Shown: positions 1-13,895 of the stretch, piece by piece
Layout of the letters: the number at the start of each line of letters is the position of its first letter
Position numbering within the stretch: the first letter of the stretch is position 1
From: Vicugna vicugna
Taxonomy: Eukaryota
NCBI GenBank assembly: GCA_013265495.1
Contig: MU058824.1
Coordinates: 2,073,111-2,137,110 of the forward strand
Length of the DNA stretch: 64,000 nucleotides
Reading direction: 5' to 3'
The notes under the pieces: generated by a model
What the model saw: the letters and a program-made list of their open reading frames with translations, nothing else
The model's database searches: none
Told to the model about the DNA's origin: nothing
Position numbers and translations under genes: made by a program

Positions 1-560
1 GGTATTTATAAGCTATTTGTATTTCTTTATAAGTTACCTGTTCATGTCCTGTTGGTATTATAAAATTATTTATTAATACGTGCCCTGTGTGTATTAAGAA
101 TATTAACCCTTAGTCTGACATACATGTTCAAACTATTTTTTCCCCATTTGTTGTTTGTTTTTAAAGTTTCACGTATGTATGTATACACACATACACACAC
201 GCACACACACACTGGGAAAGGTGATGAAGAAAAAATTTTTATTTTTATTTAGGATAAAACTCATCTTTATGGCTATTGCCCTCATGTCATGCTTAGAAAG
301 GCCTTCCCCAGACCAAGATTATATCACTATTTATATTTTCCTCTGATACTTGTGGTTTCATTTTTTTTTGGTGAAATCTTTAATCTGTGTAGACTAATGT
401 TTTAATGTAAGGCTTGAGGTAAAGGTCTAATTTTCTTTATTTTTAATGGCCAAAACCATGTATTAAATAACCTTCTTTCCCCCAATGAACATGAAATATA
501 ATCTTTTATCACATACTAAATTCTTACATTTTCTTTAGTATATTTCTGGACCTCCTTCTC
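1..560 (-). mobile_element. Ancient L1 (L1M-type) fragment containing a (CA)n tract
   Basis: T-rich antisense L1-like text (tatttctt...ttacctgttcatgtcct; gtgaaatctttaatc); boundaries approximate. Confidence 0.5.
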
Positions 561-774
561 TTTTCACTTATTTTTCTGTCTATACCCTCACCAGTACCCC
601 TCTGGGACAGGTTAGCAAATGGAAAGCCAGTGGACAAATGGCAGAAGACCAGAAGTTTATTCTCTGGAGAAATAGGCTCAAAGTGGTGCTGGACTCGGGG
701 ACACCAAGCCCAAATAAAAGTGAATTTCCCTCCGCTAGCCATGGAGAGGTGGAGAATGTATATTTCAGAATGCA

Positions 775-980
775 CAGTGCCCCTACTAGTCCTTCGTGGG
801 ACCCTTACACATGGATTTTTTTCAGTAAATATGAACTACAGTCCTATACAAAACAAGGTTCATTGAATCTGTGGATGCACATTGGCGGATGCAGGAGAGC
901 CGACTATAAAGCTATATGTGGGTTTTCAACTGCAGGGAGGATCAGCAACCCTAACCCCTGTGTTGTTCAAGGGTCAACTG
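775..980. mobile_element. TcMar-Tigger DNA transposon remnant (Tigger2/MER8-like)
   Basis: Ends in ...gttgttcaagggtcaactg followed by TA, the reverse complement of the Tigger2-type terminus CAGTTGACCCTTGAACAAC. Confidence 0.7.
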
Positions 981-1592
981 TACCATCAGTCAAGATGTAG
1001 AATGATACCAGAAAGATTTCTGGTAAGTCTCGATGGATTTAACTCATACCTATCTCCATACCCTCCCAAACCCTTAAAAGGATTTAAAGATCAAGTTGAG
1101 GAAATTTTCCCAGAAAGTAGAACAAAAAGATAAAGAAATATACTAAAGGAAAAATAAAATCAAAGGATCAGTCCAGGAGGTCCAATATCTGACTTACCAG
1201 AGTTCAAGAGAGAAAAGATAAAATAGAGGCAATTAAGTGGAAGCCTACCTTCCAAATGGTGAGCTACCCCTCCAACTCCCCTTCCTCCACTTAGTTCCAG
1301 AATGCTAATAGCTAACCTCCAAAGGCAGGAGGTTGGAGGATTCTCTTTTGAGGAAAGTGACTTCTTTAAGAGTGAACATCTAAGATAACCAAATTTGTTT
1401 TTATTTTAGTTATAATTTCCTTTTTTTGTCTTTATAATTATTCATTTTTCATAGCATCCTGTTTCTATTTCATTGGTATAATATCTTCTCTAATCTTTAA
1501 GGAGATAAAGTTTTATTCTGATACACCAATTGTCTCTATTGTCCCCAAGTTCCTTTTTACTAACTCAGATTTCTAGCTCTTGTGTTAGAGTC

Positions 1593-2037
1593 TGTTAACC
1601 TAAAACTATAAAACAGCCAGTTATTTTACCAGCAAATGAGTTATTTGGGAGCAGGAAAGAATTGCAACTCGACAGGCAACTGTGGTGAACCACAGGTAAG
1701 CAGTAAAGCAAAAGAATAGAGACTCTATTATAGAGGAGAAGGGAAATTGGGAGGAGCTGTTATAAACAAAGAGTCCATTGGAGGAAACAGGAAATTTGAA
1801 GTATAGTGGCCTTTCATAGGCTGAGTTGTGACAGTCCCTCATTGGCTGAGCTGTTGCCAGGCAAGAAGAAATCTTTCTTCCTCCCAAGGTAGTTAAGTAG
1901 TGTCACTTCTGCCAGAGATGCAAGGCATGTCTCTTCCTGTTGGCATCTATATTGATGTTGAGTGGTACGTACATGAGAACTCTCCCTCTGGCCCCCCACC
2001 TCCATTTTAGTGAGGTTTCCCTTTGTTAATTTTCAAA
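1593..2037 (-). mobile_element. Solo LTR, probably ERV1 class
   Basis: Left terminus TGTTAA reads ...TTAACA on the - strand; CCAAT box on - strand at about 1840; imperfect 4-bp flanking repeat agtc/agcc. Confidence 0.6.
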
Positions 2038-2249
2038 AGCCTTTCCTGAGTATGTGATCATCTTTGAATATCTGTTCATATTATGAGAGAGGGGCTAAAA
2101 AGGTGACTGGAAACTCTGATGTACTGGTAGGTCTTACAGACTAGTGGGTATTACACCATGGTGATCAGGGAGCAAGCTGGCATTTCCACTGAGAGATTCC
2201 CCCCCACCCCCAAAAGTCAAAAGTCAGTATTTTCAGTACCTGTAGCTAT

Positions 2250-3190
2250 AAAGGATGAAATGATCAAGCAATAATACAGCACAATTCCTTTGGATTTCAA
2301 GATTGAAATGGCCCACCAAGGCATATTATGATGAAAATCAGAAAACCAGAGATCCTAAAAGTCGTAAGGGAAAGAAGTCATAATGAAAGGATAAAAAATC
2401 CTAATGGCATGAGACATCTCAATAGAACACAGGGAACTAGAAGACAGTGGAGCAGTTGATGGCTTCTGAGGAAAGGGATCCTCCTCTTAGAACTTAACAA
2501 GCAGCCAAACTGTCAGTCAAGAGAGAGAGTAGAATAAAAATATTTTCAGACATTTAAGATCTCAAAATGTTAGCCCTCCATGCACCCTTTCTCAGAAAGC
2601 TATTAGAAACTACCCTCCCTTGAGGGCAGCTGTAGCAGGCTACCAACCAACCCGAGGGCAACCCAGTACAGATGGAACAGAGGACAGAGCGCTCCAGGGG
2701 GGATGCTGGAAAAGAAAAATGAAGCGTACCTCCTGTGTAACCACATTGAGGAGACTTCACAGCTCTGATAGAGAAATGAAAACAACAAGAAAAGAGGTCT
2801 TTCGTAATCCAGGAAAAACAAAAAGTTGTACAAGAAATATAATTACAGCATGTTATGTGGCTCATCTGTAAATATTATGTAGTCCTATTAACATAAATAA
2901 CCAATATTGAAAGGCAAGGGTTGGGGGGAGTCAAAGCTGTGAGGTGTCAGGGTCCAAATTCCTAGTTTTCATAGTAGGAAGTCAGTAGTTAATGTTCAAA
3001 AAACATCAAACATAATATAACCACGTTATTTATATAAAAGGTGGCAAACACCAGCGCCAACAGCTAAAAGAACGGAAATTGCTGTCTCTGGAGAAGGGGG
3101 AGTGAAGTGGGAGGGGCAAGGCAGGAGACTGCTGTTTTGGTAACAAGTTTTGTCGTAGTCCTATTTTGCATTTGAGACTCTGTCCTTGAT
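2250..3190 (+). mobile_element. Ancient L1/HAL1-like fragments
   Basis: A-rich degenerate ORF1-like and 3' UTR-like L1 text; boundaries approximate. Confidence 0.4.
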
Positions 3191-3677
3191 TTACTCTGAA
3201 ACAAAAGTTAAATTAAAAAGCATGTATGCTGGCAGAGGGTGTTCTGGTGGGAAAGGTGTTCTGCCTCCCTCAGTGATCTGCTCTGGAAGGGCTGGGTGTC
3301 CCCAGAGCACTGAGGACAGATGGTGTGGGAGGGGCCGAGGGCCTTGCAACCTTTTCTGAGGCAGTCTGCTCATGGAATGAAAGTGGGCTTGATAGGAGCT
3401 CAAAATTGGGTCAGATTTTCTCCATCCAGCTGCAACATGCACTTCAGAAGAGTAGAGATGTTGCCAAGACTCTAGTACAACATTTAGGTCAGATTTCATA
3501 CAGTTTTGGGAGATTCCTAATTTCCTAGCTTCTTTAGATGTGTTTTAGAGAGAAGCTGAGAGAGGGCGGAGGGCTACTAGGAAGCCACTATTTTTCATTG
3601 GACATCCAGTTTCCTTTTGTTACAACAGACTGAACAGGTTGGCCTCCCTCTGACTCTCTCTTTTTCTCCTCTGTCTC

Positions 3678-4048
3678 TTAAATTGAGGAATAATTAGGGT
3701 AAAATGCACAGATGTTGAGTATTCTGAGTTTTGACAAGAGTGTACACCTTGTGTAACTAACACCCCAATCAAGACAGAAGCCCTGCTATCACATCCTCCC
3801 GTATCCCTTCCAGTGCCCCATCAGAGGCAACCCTTGTAAACTATATCCCCAACAGACAATTTTGCCTGTTCTTGAACGTCATATGAATGATACCATACCA
3901 CTTGTACTCTCGTGTATCTGACTCCTTTCCCTCAACATATTTGTGAGATTCATCTGGGTTATATCAGATGCACCAGTAACTGTTTCTTTTTATTGATGAG
4001 TAGTATTCCAGTGTATGAATATATCGCAATGTATTTATCCATTTTCTG
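3678..4048 (-). mobile_element. Old L1 3' UTR fragment (L1MB/ME-like)
   Basis: aaatgcacagat...gagttttgacaa...tgtgagattcatc...gagtagtattcca motifs typical of antisense L1M 3' ends. Confidence 0.65.
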
Positions 4049-5800
4049 AACAAGTCTCTACTTTTCTCATAACCAGCCTTGTTTCTGAGCTGGAGCAAGT
4101 CTTCTTTGCGTGACCCTCTTTACTAACACACTAATGAGGTTGTTTCCACTGCATAGAGTTGAAAGATTAAAAACTAGGCTTTTTAAAGGACGAGCATAAT
4201 TTACACACTTGTTATAAAGGGAAATTGGATGTAATACATGCTCATTTAGGTTAAAGCTATTTGTGCACCAGGAGACCAATTAAAAGCCTGTGACAATAAC
4301 CCATATATGAGGTACAGACAGGATAAACATTCCACAGGAAAACTTGACAGGGCTTTGTGACAGGTTAAATGTATGGGATGAAGGAACAGGATGAAACAAG
4401 TCCTATTTCAAGATGGATATCTGCCTGTTGTGTCCCTCTTCTCTTTACGGCTTGGGCCAGTCAGTCCCTCTGCAGGCTCTGTCCTGTTAGGAAATTTAAG
4501 GATCCCTGGTTCAGTGGCTCAGCTTGCCTTCCAGGGCCACTTGTACCTTTCATTCTGTGCCTAGTAGCTAAGCCCTTACCACACACCACAGAGTTATTAA
4601 AAGGGTAGTAACATTGTGAAAGAACACTGAGTTTCAGCTTGGTTAATTTTTCATTTTTTTGTTCACTGAGGCTCCCTAAGTCTTGGTTTCCTCATAGGTG
4701 AAATGAGGGTGAATAAATATCCTACCCTCATTTTGAGAATCAGAGGAATTGACTTCAAATGTCTCATAATAGTTTATGAGAAACTAATAAGAGAAATCAC
4801 CTGTAGGAGGGGATAAGAGGAAAAGGAGAAGTGGGAATGACACTCTCAGTGCTTACTTTTTTGGGGGGACCATGTGAACATATTACCTTAAAAAAAAAAA
4901 CCTCTAAACAGAATCAAATAATCTCTCTCTATAAATGGTTAGGCATTCTGGAGTGCTGAAAAGGACAGAGCCTGGCTACCTACTATCTGTGAGGTCCATT
5001 AGCCCGTAAGTCCTGTCACTCTGGGATAGCTGGATGATAGGCGGTTATTTCAGCTGAATGACAATAAATGGGCTGCTTGGGTTGCAGCAACAAGAACTCT
5101 GCTCTGAGAGTGCCGAGATCTGGGTCCTGGTCCTCACTTTACCCTGTAATTCTGGTGGGTTCCTTCTCTTCTCTGTCTTCTCCCACTGAATGAAAGCAAG
5201 ACTGCATGATCTTTGAGATGCTTCCAGCTCTGACATGCTAGAATATAATGCTAATTTCTAAGCAACAAAGGGTATCATAATGTGAAATCTGTAAAGGATT
5301 TGCTGGTGACATTTTTGTATCTAAGTCAAGAACAGGGCAAAGAATCACATGATTTTCTTGTCACCTATTATTTCTTTGATACTGAAGTATCTGGAAGTGA
5401 CGAGTCAAGTGGAGTGCTTTCCAGGAAAAGGAAGTTGAGCTGTGTTTCAGTGGAACCACTGGTGCAATCCCAGTGCTCTTTGCTATTGATATTAGGCGAA
5501 GGTTGTATCAGTGATGTTTTATGAATACATGGCACTTTATATGGATATCAATAAATAGGAACTCAAAGATCATATAGTTCAAATTCTAACAAGACTCAAA
5601 CAATGGACTTCAGTGCCAAGGAACTCACCACCTCCTGAGGTGCTTCATTCCATTTTTATATTGCTCACTTCATTAGGAAACTGTTGGAGAGCTTGACTTC
5701 ATGATAACTGTTAATCACAGCTTTGCGCTCTGGAACTACAGACCACACCTGCGTTCTCTCTGGCCAAGGTTGCAAATTGCTAAAATGCTGGCCAGTATTG

Positions 5801-6451
5801 TGTTGCCGGTGGATGCAGCAGGTATTCCAGGTACTTGTATCCATCCCAGAAAGAATTCAGAGACAAGACATAGTGGTTAAAAAAAGTAAAGCGAGGATTT
5901 ATTAAAGGTTGATGGATAGTACACTCTCAAGCGGAGAGCCTGCAGGCTCAGGTGAGTGGCTGCCCTGTGTTTCTTTGGAAAGTTAGTTACATAGGATGTA
6001 AAAATGAATGGGCGGAATATCGATTGTGAAAGGAAGGACTTGGGGTCATATTTCCTGATTATCATCCCAACTCCACCTTCCCAAAGGGAGGAGGGATTTT
6101 TGTCCTTATTTAGTCTGGATCGGAAGTGTCATGGCGTCGGTGCCTCATGGGTACTTCTGATCTGCAAGGCTAATTTTATTGAAACGAGGGCACAAGGAGC
6201 AAAAGGTTACATTCGGACACTGGAAATTCCTGCCTTTTCTCACCTTTCTTTGTTGGTCTCCAGGCCAAAAGGTGTGGCCCCTTATCAGCCCAAAGGTTCC
6301 TCCTTTTCTTTCTCCACCCCAGGACCCCTAGTGCTTACATGATGTATGTTTTCCTGCATTTGGCTTGTGCCCCTCCTTTCTGCCCAATTCCTGCCATTTG
6401 GTCTGTGTCCCCCTTTCTCTGCTCATATCTAGCTACCTGCCTGCTCAAACA
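5801..6451 (-). mobile_element. Solo ERV1-class LTR (651 bp)
   Basis: TGTT...AACA inverted termini; perfect 4-bp TSD ATTG at 5797-5800 and 6452-6455; AATAAA on - strand at 5898-5903. Confidence 0.85.
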
Positions 6452-6771
6452 ATTGGACCATGTCTTGTTGGCTCTTCATAGTATTTAAAAAAACCTCAAT
6501 TAGTTTCTGATATTAAAACATCATGAGGATTTTTATTTTTGTTTTTCTACATGAACTGTTTCTGGCTTTTCTTAAAAGATCAAAATATGATTCTTCCCTT
6601 TTTCATTAACAATTCAAAGTTTTGTTCCAGTCCCTATTCTCCCTGGCTCAGCCTAGGTGGGTTGGGAAAGGCCGATCTCACCCATGGTTCTAGAACAGGG
6701 CTTACAAACTAGTCCTAATTCATCAACATAGTCCTTCTTTTTGTCACCTTTATTGATTCAAAGACAAGCAC

Positions 6772-7190
6772 TATCTTAAGACTGGGTTCCTTGGAAACAG
6801 AATCCAAGATGGAGAGTTGCATGAAGAAGGTTTACTGAGGCGCGTTCTCGGGATATGTACCTCTGGGGACGTGAAGGCTGGGTGGGCATGGAGAACTGAC
6901 CAGCACAGTAGGTGCAATGTAGTTACAACCAAAGCCTCAGCTTATCCTAGCCAGAACTCAAGAATGGGGATGGTCCTTCAGAGTTGTCCCAAACCAAAGT
7001 AAAGGGGCCAGGCTTTTGTATTCCTACATCAGTCAGTCACTGGCCTCGGGCTGCACCCTGGGATGGGGTGTAAAAGCTTGGGGGAAGTGGCTTCCTGAGG
7101 GTGAGGAGCAAGTATTCCCAGCAGCTGAGGAATGGATGTGTCCTCCTGGAAGAGGGGATCTGGGCAGAACCCCATGGTGTCCGCTAGAGG
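6772..7190. mobile_element. Old ERVL/MaLR-class LTR fragment
   Basis: ctgggttccttggaaacaga...agatggagagttgcatg...ggtttactgagg resembles ERVL/MaLR LTR ends. Confidence 0.5.
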
Positions 7191-7320
7191 CACAAGATCC
7201 AATCCAGCTTAACAGAGGCTTGCTAGGAGTCCTGAGAGAGAGGCTTCCAGAAGTGACTTTTATCTGTCTGGATATGGGTGAGGAGCTCTGGGACTTGCCC
7301 ATCTCACATCAAGGTCAGCT

Positions 7321-7428
7321 TTTCGTTTTTGTTTTTGTTTTGTTTTAAATGGATGTAGTGGGGAATTGAACCCAGGACCTCCTGCATGCTAAGCACTCGC
7401 CCTACTGCTGAGCTGTGCCCTGCCCCCA
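7321..7428 (-). mobile_element. tRNA-derived SINE (camelid Vic-type), short form
   Basis: Antisense B-box (gaattgaacccaggacct), T-rich tail, 13-bp TSD atcaag(g/t)tcagct at 7308-7320 and 7429-7441. Confidence 0.85.
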
Positions 7429-8596
7429 ATCAAGTTCAGCTGTAATGACATTGGTGTTCTGCTAAATCAAACCAACCCTGAAGCTTGAATTACCCTGGAC
7501 TTCTAGTGTGAGCTTCATTGATAAGTCAGTTTTCCAGTCGTATTTTAGTTACTTACAAAGTGAACATACTTTGACACGTTGGCCAACGTGAGGCGGCATT
7601 CCCTGGCAATAACCTACTTAGTAGCAGCTGCCTCCATTTTAGGTGGGTCACTTGGTTTCCAGTTTACTAGTGCCCACTTACTTGGCTTTTAGAGAAGGTA
7701 CCAGAGAGCAAAACCCTAATCTTCCAATAACAGAGGTCAACAGATCATGTCTAAAGTGTAAAAACCAAGAAGTAGAACAGATCATGTGTTTATAAAATGG
7801 AGGTAAACATCAGAAGAAACAGCTAAAACTGTTAGCAATCGTTGCCTCTGGGGAGCTCTCTCTGGGTGGGACGGGACAAAAGACTGCAGCTGGTTTTTGT
7901 GGGAAGCCTTGAAGTGCTCTTTGATTTGAAACTCCGTATATCCTCTGATGATAATGCATGCCCTGGGGCACCTTGCACTGCTCTGGGACTCTCCCATCTC
8001 CTAATTCTCTTGCCTTCCTCTGGCGTTTTTTTTTTGGGGTAGGGGGTTTCCTAAGTGCTGGTTGAATAATTTTCTCTCTTAATTATCTTATACACTCTCT
8101 CTGCTTCTTGGAGACCTCCTTTCCTACACCTGATCTCTCTTATTAAGCTTCAGCTTCATATTTCTTCCAGGGATCACCTTGGCGCTCCCATGCCCTATCT
8201 CCAACTTGCATGAAGAGATAACCAAGATCTCTCCCAGCTCTAACACTCTATGAGGTCCCGAAATATATGGAAACATTTAACAAATCCTGAGAATGGATCT
8301 CTTTCATTTACTTAATATTATTGGCCGTTTTAAAAAATATTATTGGCCATTTTAGTAAATAGTAAACAGGCCTTTACTAAGCAGCAACCACGTGCCAAAT
8401 TTGACACCAGGTGCCATCACATGGTTTTGCTATCCCACAGTTTTGCTGTCAAAATCTCTTCATACCCTAAAGTTTTGCTCCCTCAGCTTAACTGTCTATA
8501 AAATGTATATAAGGTTATAAGAATTAAATGAGTCAATGTTTGTAAAGCCTTTAAAAAAGTACTTTAAGTTGTTAATTAGCAAATATTTGGAGAGCT

Positions 8597-8633
8597 GTGT
8601 GTGTGTGTGTGTTTGTGTGTTTTGCGTGTGTGT
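8597..8633. repeat. (TG)n microsatellite, interrupted
   Basis: Seen directly. Confidence 0.85.
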
Positions 8634-9224
8634 GGAGAGGGGTGTATGTACTGGAATAATAAGTAATAATTATAGGATAATAATAAGGAATAATAATTAG
8701 GAAATAATAAGAATATACTCCTGCTCTTAAGAGTCACCTTTTAAGAGAGAGAGACACATTAATAAAAGTAATGTATTGTAACTGTGATACAAAGTGACAA
8801 GATATTATATCAGGAATACTATGTAAGGAATGTGACCAAAGCACTGTAAAAACCTGGACTGGGGGAAGGGACCAAACCTTCCCGGGTTGTGGTTGGGAGT
8901 GGAGGCCCAGGAAGATTTCAGCCAGGGAATGTCCTTTTAGAGGGACTTCAAAGAACAAGTAGTAGCTTTCCGGGTTGACAGAAAGGCTATTTCAAGTAGA
9001 GAGATGAGCATTAGGCAAAGTCTAAAGAAGTGGTTTGAAAGGGCCTGGCAGGCTAGGGGAATAAGAAAAATGTGCCACACTTTCAGAGTTGCAGCTATTG
9101 AAAGACCTGGCAAAGAAGACAACTTCCAGGATTAGAAAAACCTCAAGCAGCTTTAATAGTCTGGATGGGAAGAACCTCTCAGGTAAATGTGGAACCTTTA
9201 CTTCTTCTTTGTCTTTTTTTTTTT

Positions 9225-9620
9225 GTCTTAGTTTTTTTATTGTGGTAAAATTCATAAACATAAAGTTCACCATATTAACCATTTTAAAGTGTACAATTCA
9301 ATAGCCTCTTTAGTTGTGCATCTACCATCACTATCTAGTTCCAGACCATTTTCAGCACACCAAAGGAAAGCCCAAACCCATTAAGCAGTCACTCCCTCTT
9401 CTGGCCTCCCTCATCCCTGCCAATTCCTCATCTGCTTTCTGTCTCTATGGATTTGCCTGTTTGGGACATTTCATATAAGCTGAGTCATACAATAGGAAGC
9501 CATGAAAAAACCAAATAACATCTTAATATTATTATGAAAATAATTTTGATCTTACAGACCCCTTGAAAGAGTATCAGGATCCCCCAGAGGTCTGCAGACC
9601 AGACTTTGAGAACTGCTGGT
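9225..9620. mobile_element. L1M 3' end fragment (about 9225-9495, - strand) next to a hAT-Charlie-like terminus (about 9500-9620)
   Basis: ttattgtggtaaaa...aaccattttaaagtgtaca L1 3' end; gaccagactttgagaactgctg hAT-like end. Confidence 0.6.
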
Positions 9621-10828
9621 CTAGGTCATCCAAGGTGTGGGACGCCTGCCAGCTCCCTATCACGGCTCCTATCCCAGCACAAGGTGATTGTCAGGTCCCC
9701 ACGTCCAACCCGAGGCCTCCCCATGCCAGCTTCTCATCTCCCGTGAAAACTCGGTCGGCCACTTCCTGCAAAATTGAATTTAGTTACACAGCCATGGATT
9801 CACATTTAAACTGCCCGAAGGAACCAACCAACCAACCAACTGGAGACCCATTTTTACTACTACTAAATCTGAATGTGTCTAAAAAAAAAAAAACTGTACC
9901 ACAATCTTATTTCCAATAAAATTCTGATCACTTCCTGCCACTGTCATTACATTTTATAATCACAGTAATTACCTTTTACCTGTGATGAGAGCTGTCATGT
10001 ACTTCTGAATAGCAAGCAGCAGCCATGCCATAAATTGCTAGCCCCTTCCTCCTCTAACGATCACAGCTTATTTTATTCTTCAAGTATTCTTCTCAGGGTA
10101 ATTAGCACGCTTATTATACAGCATATTCAAATGTTAATGTGCACACTGTACCGACGCTATTGTGACACCCGTTTTGCTCAGGAGCTAAAATTATGTTGCC
10201 ATTCTGCTTGGTGCTAGAGGTTCTGTGCACGAAACCTGTTTTTCACATACAAGGAGCCAAGGTTATTTAACGAGAATGCTGAGCTAGAATGAGAGAAGTG
10301 GCACTTAATATAGAACCTGTAAGCTCAGCGGGGTCAGCGCGCATCCAGCCTACACATTTTGAATCAGCTATCCATCACTGCGGAGACGATCGATTTTTGA
10401 GCAGACTCGCTTTGGGGCATGTTTAACGTCATTTCTCCAGGGTCTCTACCAAACTTTGCCTTTGCAGGTTAAAATCATCCCAAATCATAGTTCTGACCAT
10501 AGGAAATGTTTTCCTCATACTGAGCTGAAATCTGGCCTAGTTTTCACTCGTTTGCTTTTGCTCTGCCCTCATAAGCCATGTAGAGCATGTCTGCTCTTTG
10601 TTCTGTGACTGCCCTTGAGAGATTAAGGACAGTGACCTTGTCCCCATGGTCTGCTCTTGTAAAGCCCAACTGTCCCAGGTCCTTATATGACAGGTTACTA
10701 GTCCCTTTACCACTGTGGTCACTCAGCTTATCAATACCGACCCCCACTTTTGTTTTTAAAGGAGAGGTGCTCAAAACCTGAAACAATGATCCGGGCATGG
10801 TCCGGTCAGGGTGGAAATGAGCAAGTCT

Positions 10829-11598
10829 CTTTTGTTTTTTGTTTTGTTTTGTTTTTAACTTTTTTAAATTGAAGTATAGTTGATTTACAATGTTTCAGGT
10901 GTACAGCAAAGTGATTCAGTTATACATATATATGTATTCTTTTTCAGATTCTTTTCCATTGTAAGTTATTACAAGATATTGAATATAGTTCCCTGTGCTA
11001 TACAGTAGATCCTTGTTGTTTATCTGTTTTATATATACTAGTAACTACCCGTTAATCCCCAATTCCAAATTTATCCCTCCCCCTCCTTTCCCCTTTGGCA
11101 ACCGTAAGTTTGTTTTCTATGTCTGTAAGCCTATTTCTGTTTTGTAAATACATTCATTTGTATCATTTTTTTAGATTTCACATATAAGTGATATCATATG
11201 ATGTTTGTCTTTCTTTGTCTGACTTACTTCACCTAGTATGATAATCTCTAGGCCCATCCAGGTTGCTGTATATGGTAATATTTCATTCTTTTTTTGGTTG
11301 AGTAATATTCTATTATATATGTATACACCATTTTTTCTTTATCTATTTATGTGTTGATGGGCATTTAGGTTGCTTCCATGTCTTGGCGGTTGTAAACAGT
11401 GCTGCTATGAGCATTGGGGTGTATGTGTTGTTTTTGAGTTATAGTTTTCTCCAGATATATGCCCAGGAGTGGGATTGCTGGATCATACGGTGACTCCACT
11501 TTTAGTTTTTTAAGGAACCTCCATACTGTTATCCATAGTGGCTGCACCAATTTACATTCCACCAACAGTGTAGGAGGGCTTTCTTTTCTCCACACCCT
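10829..11598 (-). mobile_element. 5'-truncated lineage-specific L1 (ORF2 C-terminus plus 3' UTR)
   Basis: ORF 11365-11595 reads [30 protein letters not shown] (L1 ORF2 C-terminus); T-rich tail; TSD tgagca(a/g)gtct at 10818-10828 and 11599-11609. Confidence 0.92.
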
Positions 11599-12485
11599 TG
11601 AGCAGGTCTGTTATGGATGTGAACTCTCTTGTTGGATGTGATTCTACTAGTGCTTTCCAAGGGTATATTGCCTTTCTTGTTATCCATCACTGATTCATAA
11701 TTAGCTAAAACTGCCCAGTCTTCTACACCATGCATTGGTACTCAGGCAATTGGCCATTTAGACCCCAAAACAGAATCTGAGATTTGTCATCATTACATTT
11801 GAACCTGTTAAATTTTGGCCCAATGCTTTGGCCTATCAAGAGCCTTTTTTGCATCCTGAATCTATCCTTTCTATCCACAAATGTAATCCATCTATCAATA
11901 TTGCTAACTGTATATAAATCACAGTTTAAAATGCCTGACAGAAAAGGCCTCAGGATGGGGCCCTTCACCTATTTCCAAATCAAAATGTCCATTAATCCAG
12001 TTATAACCCTCCCTCCCCGCCCCTACTACACACACCTCCATCCCAAATGTTCCATCCTCTGACTCAAGCTGTCAGGGAGGGAAAACATCAAAGAATGTTC
12101 CAGGTTACTAACTGGCTGGTTAAAGTGGCCTGGAAAAGAAACCAAGAGAAAGAAGGGAAGGAGTGAATAAGGCCTAGTGAAGAGCCCAGTGTGGCAGGAC
12201 AGGCTTCTCTGAAGCTACTTTATCTAGACCTACACACTGGCACAGGTTGGGTAAGTATTAAGGAATGTGTCAAATGGAAAATAATCTGGGCTTCTGCTGT
12301 GATGAGAGAGGAAATCAGTAACCAGGAAACAGGACCAATGTTGGAAGCTAGAAGACAGTCAATTAGTATCTCAAACTGGAGGGTCTAGGCAGATGAGAAC
12401 AGAGACAGGCATGAGTCATAAGGAGAATGAAGCAAAGGATGAGCATGTGAAACAGAATTTAGGCTTGCTAAGTGGGCTCCAGAGC

Positions 12486-12655
12486 TGTGCTGTCCAACAT
12501 GGTAGCTATTTAAATTTAAATTCATAAAACTTAGATGACAAAGTCAGTTCTTCAGTCACATTAGCCTCATTTAGAGTGTTCAATAGCTGTATGTGATTGG
12601 TGGCTACCATGCTGGATTGTACAGAAGAACATGCCCATCATTGTAGAAAGTTCTG
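12486..12655. mobile_element. hAT-Charlie MITE (MER3/MER33-like)
   Basis: gctgtccaacatggtagc...tcagttcttcagtcaca...gtggctacc...gtagaaagttct. Confidence 0.7.
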
Positions 12656-13329
12656 CTTTAGAACATTGTAGGTATACTTCTTAAAAAAAGGCCAAACCAG
12701 GTAGGATATCATTTTAATGTACTTATTTTCCCTCAGCTTTCCTCCATGACCCAGCTCAAATATCAGTTCTTCTGGAAATTCACCCCACGCATGTTCTGTA
12801 ATTGTGAGCCACAGGCAGCCGAGAATTGGGCGCTGTGTGGTTCTCAGTGGTAATGAGTGGATCTAGGCAGGACTTTGTATCATGATCTTGGCACAGCTAT
12901 TTGTCAATCCTCAACCAAAACGTGGCCTTACTCTATCTGCAGAGGGCATCCTCCTTGATGAAGCAATGGCTTTGGGGCTAAGACACATTAGGCAGGAGAG
13001 GAAGGAGGGGAATACTGGCCTAGGCAGCCAGATCTGCTGAATCCACTTCTGTAGCTATAAAAATAATTTATAATGAAAGCTTTTGACCTCCTGTCCACAA
13101 ACATTACATAGGCTATCTTGGCCAGGCAGTCAAGAAACTGCAGTCAAGGTGTGATTTGCTTGATGTAAGATATCTTGTCATCTTACCTGTGGGCCCTCAC
13201 TAAATTTTCATACTGTCTTCTCTCTCTTAATTTCCTGAGCCAGAGTTCTTAGAATTTTTCATAATCAAGGGTACCTTCTAAATCTCTCTAGAATCTGACC
13301 CTTCCTTTAATGCTCTCTGTGAATTTATC

Positions 13330-13895
13330 TTCTCTCTTCTTTCCCACCCAGCCCCCATACTGCCACCAAAGTGCTCTAAGAACCTTACCTGACCATGACA
13401 TTCTCCTCCCTAAAGCCCTTCAGTGGCTTCCCATGACATCATAAAGGCCTTCTCCTCAGGCCCCCAGCTTCCTGTCTGGTTTCAGGTCTCTCCCTTCCCT
13501 GATGTGGAGCAAGAACCTGTTACTGTGCCAAGAACCAAGGTGTCCTCTCACAGCCCTGTGCCTTTGTATACTTGCAGCTCCCCTTGTTTGAAATATGCCC
13601 CCCCCATAACCCCCAACCCCATGGGAATTTCTCCACCCCTGTTAAGGTTCCATTTAAATTTTGTCTCCTCTGAGAAACCTACCCTGGACCCTCAGACAGA
13701 CTTAAGTGACCTACCAACTGTGCCCACACACTCTGTGGGCTTTGGTCACAACACATCCTGTATATGACACACACGAGTCTGTTTTCTCCCACTAAACTGT
13801 GAGCTCTCAAGGGCAGGCAGCACATCTGACTCATCTCTTACCCCCGGTGGCAAGCACAGGACCTGACTCACAACAAACAGTTACTAAATGCCTGT
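13330..13895 (+). mobile_element. L2 3' fragment
   Basis: cttcagtggcttccc...actaaactgtgagctctcaagggcagg...gcacaggacctgac L2 3' end motifs. Confidence 0.6.
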
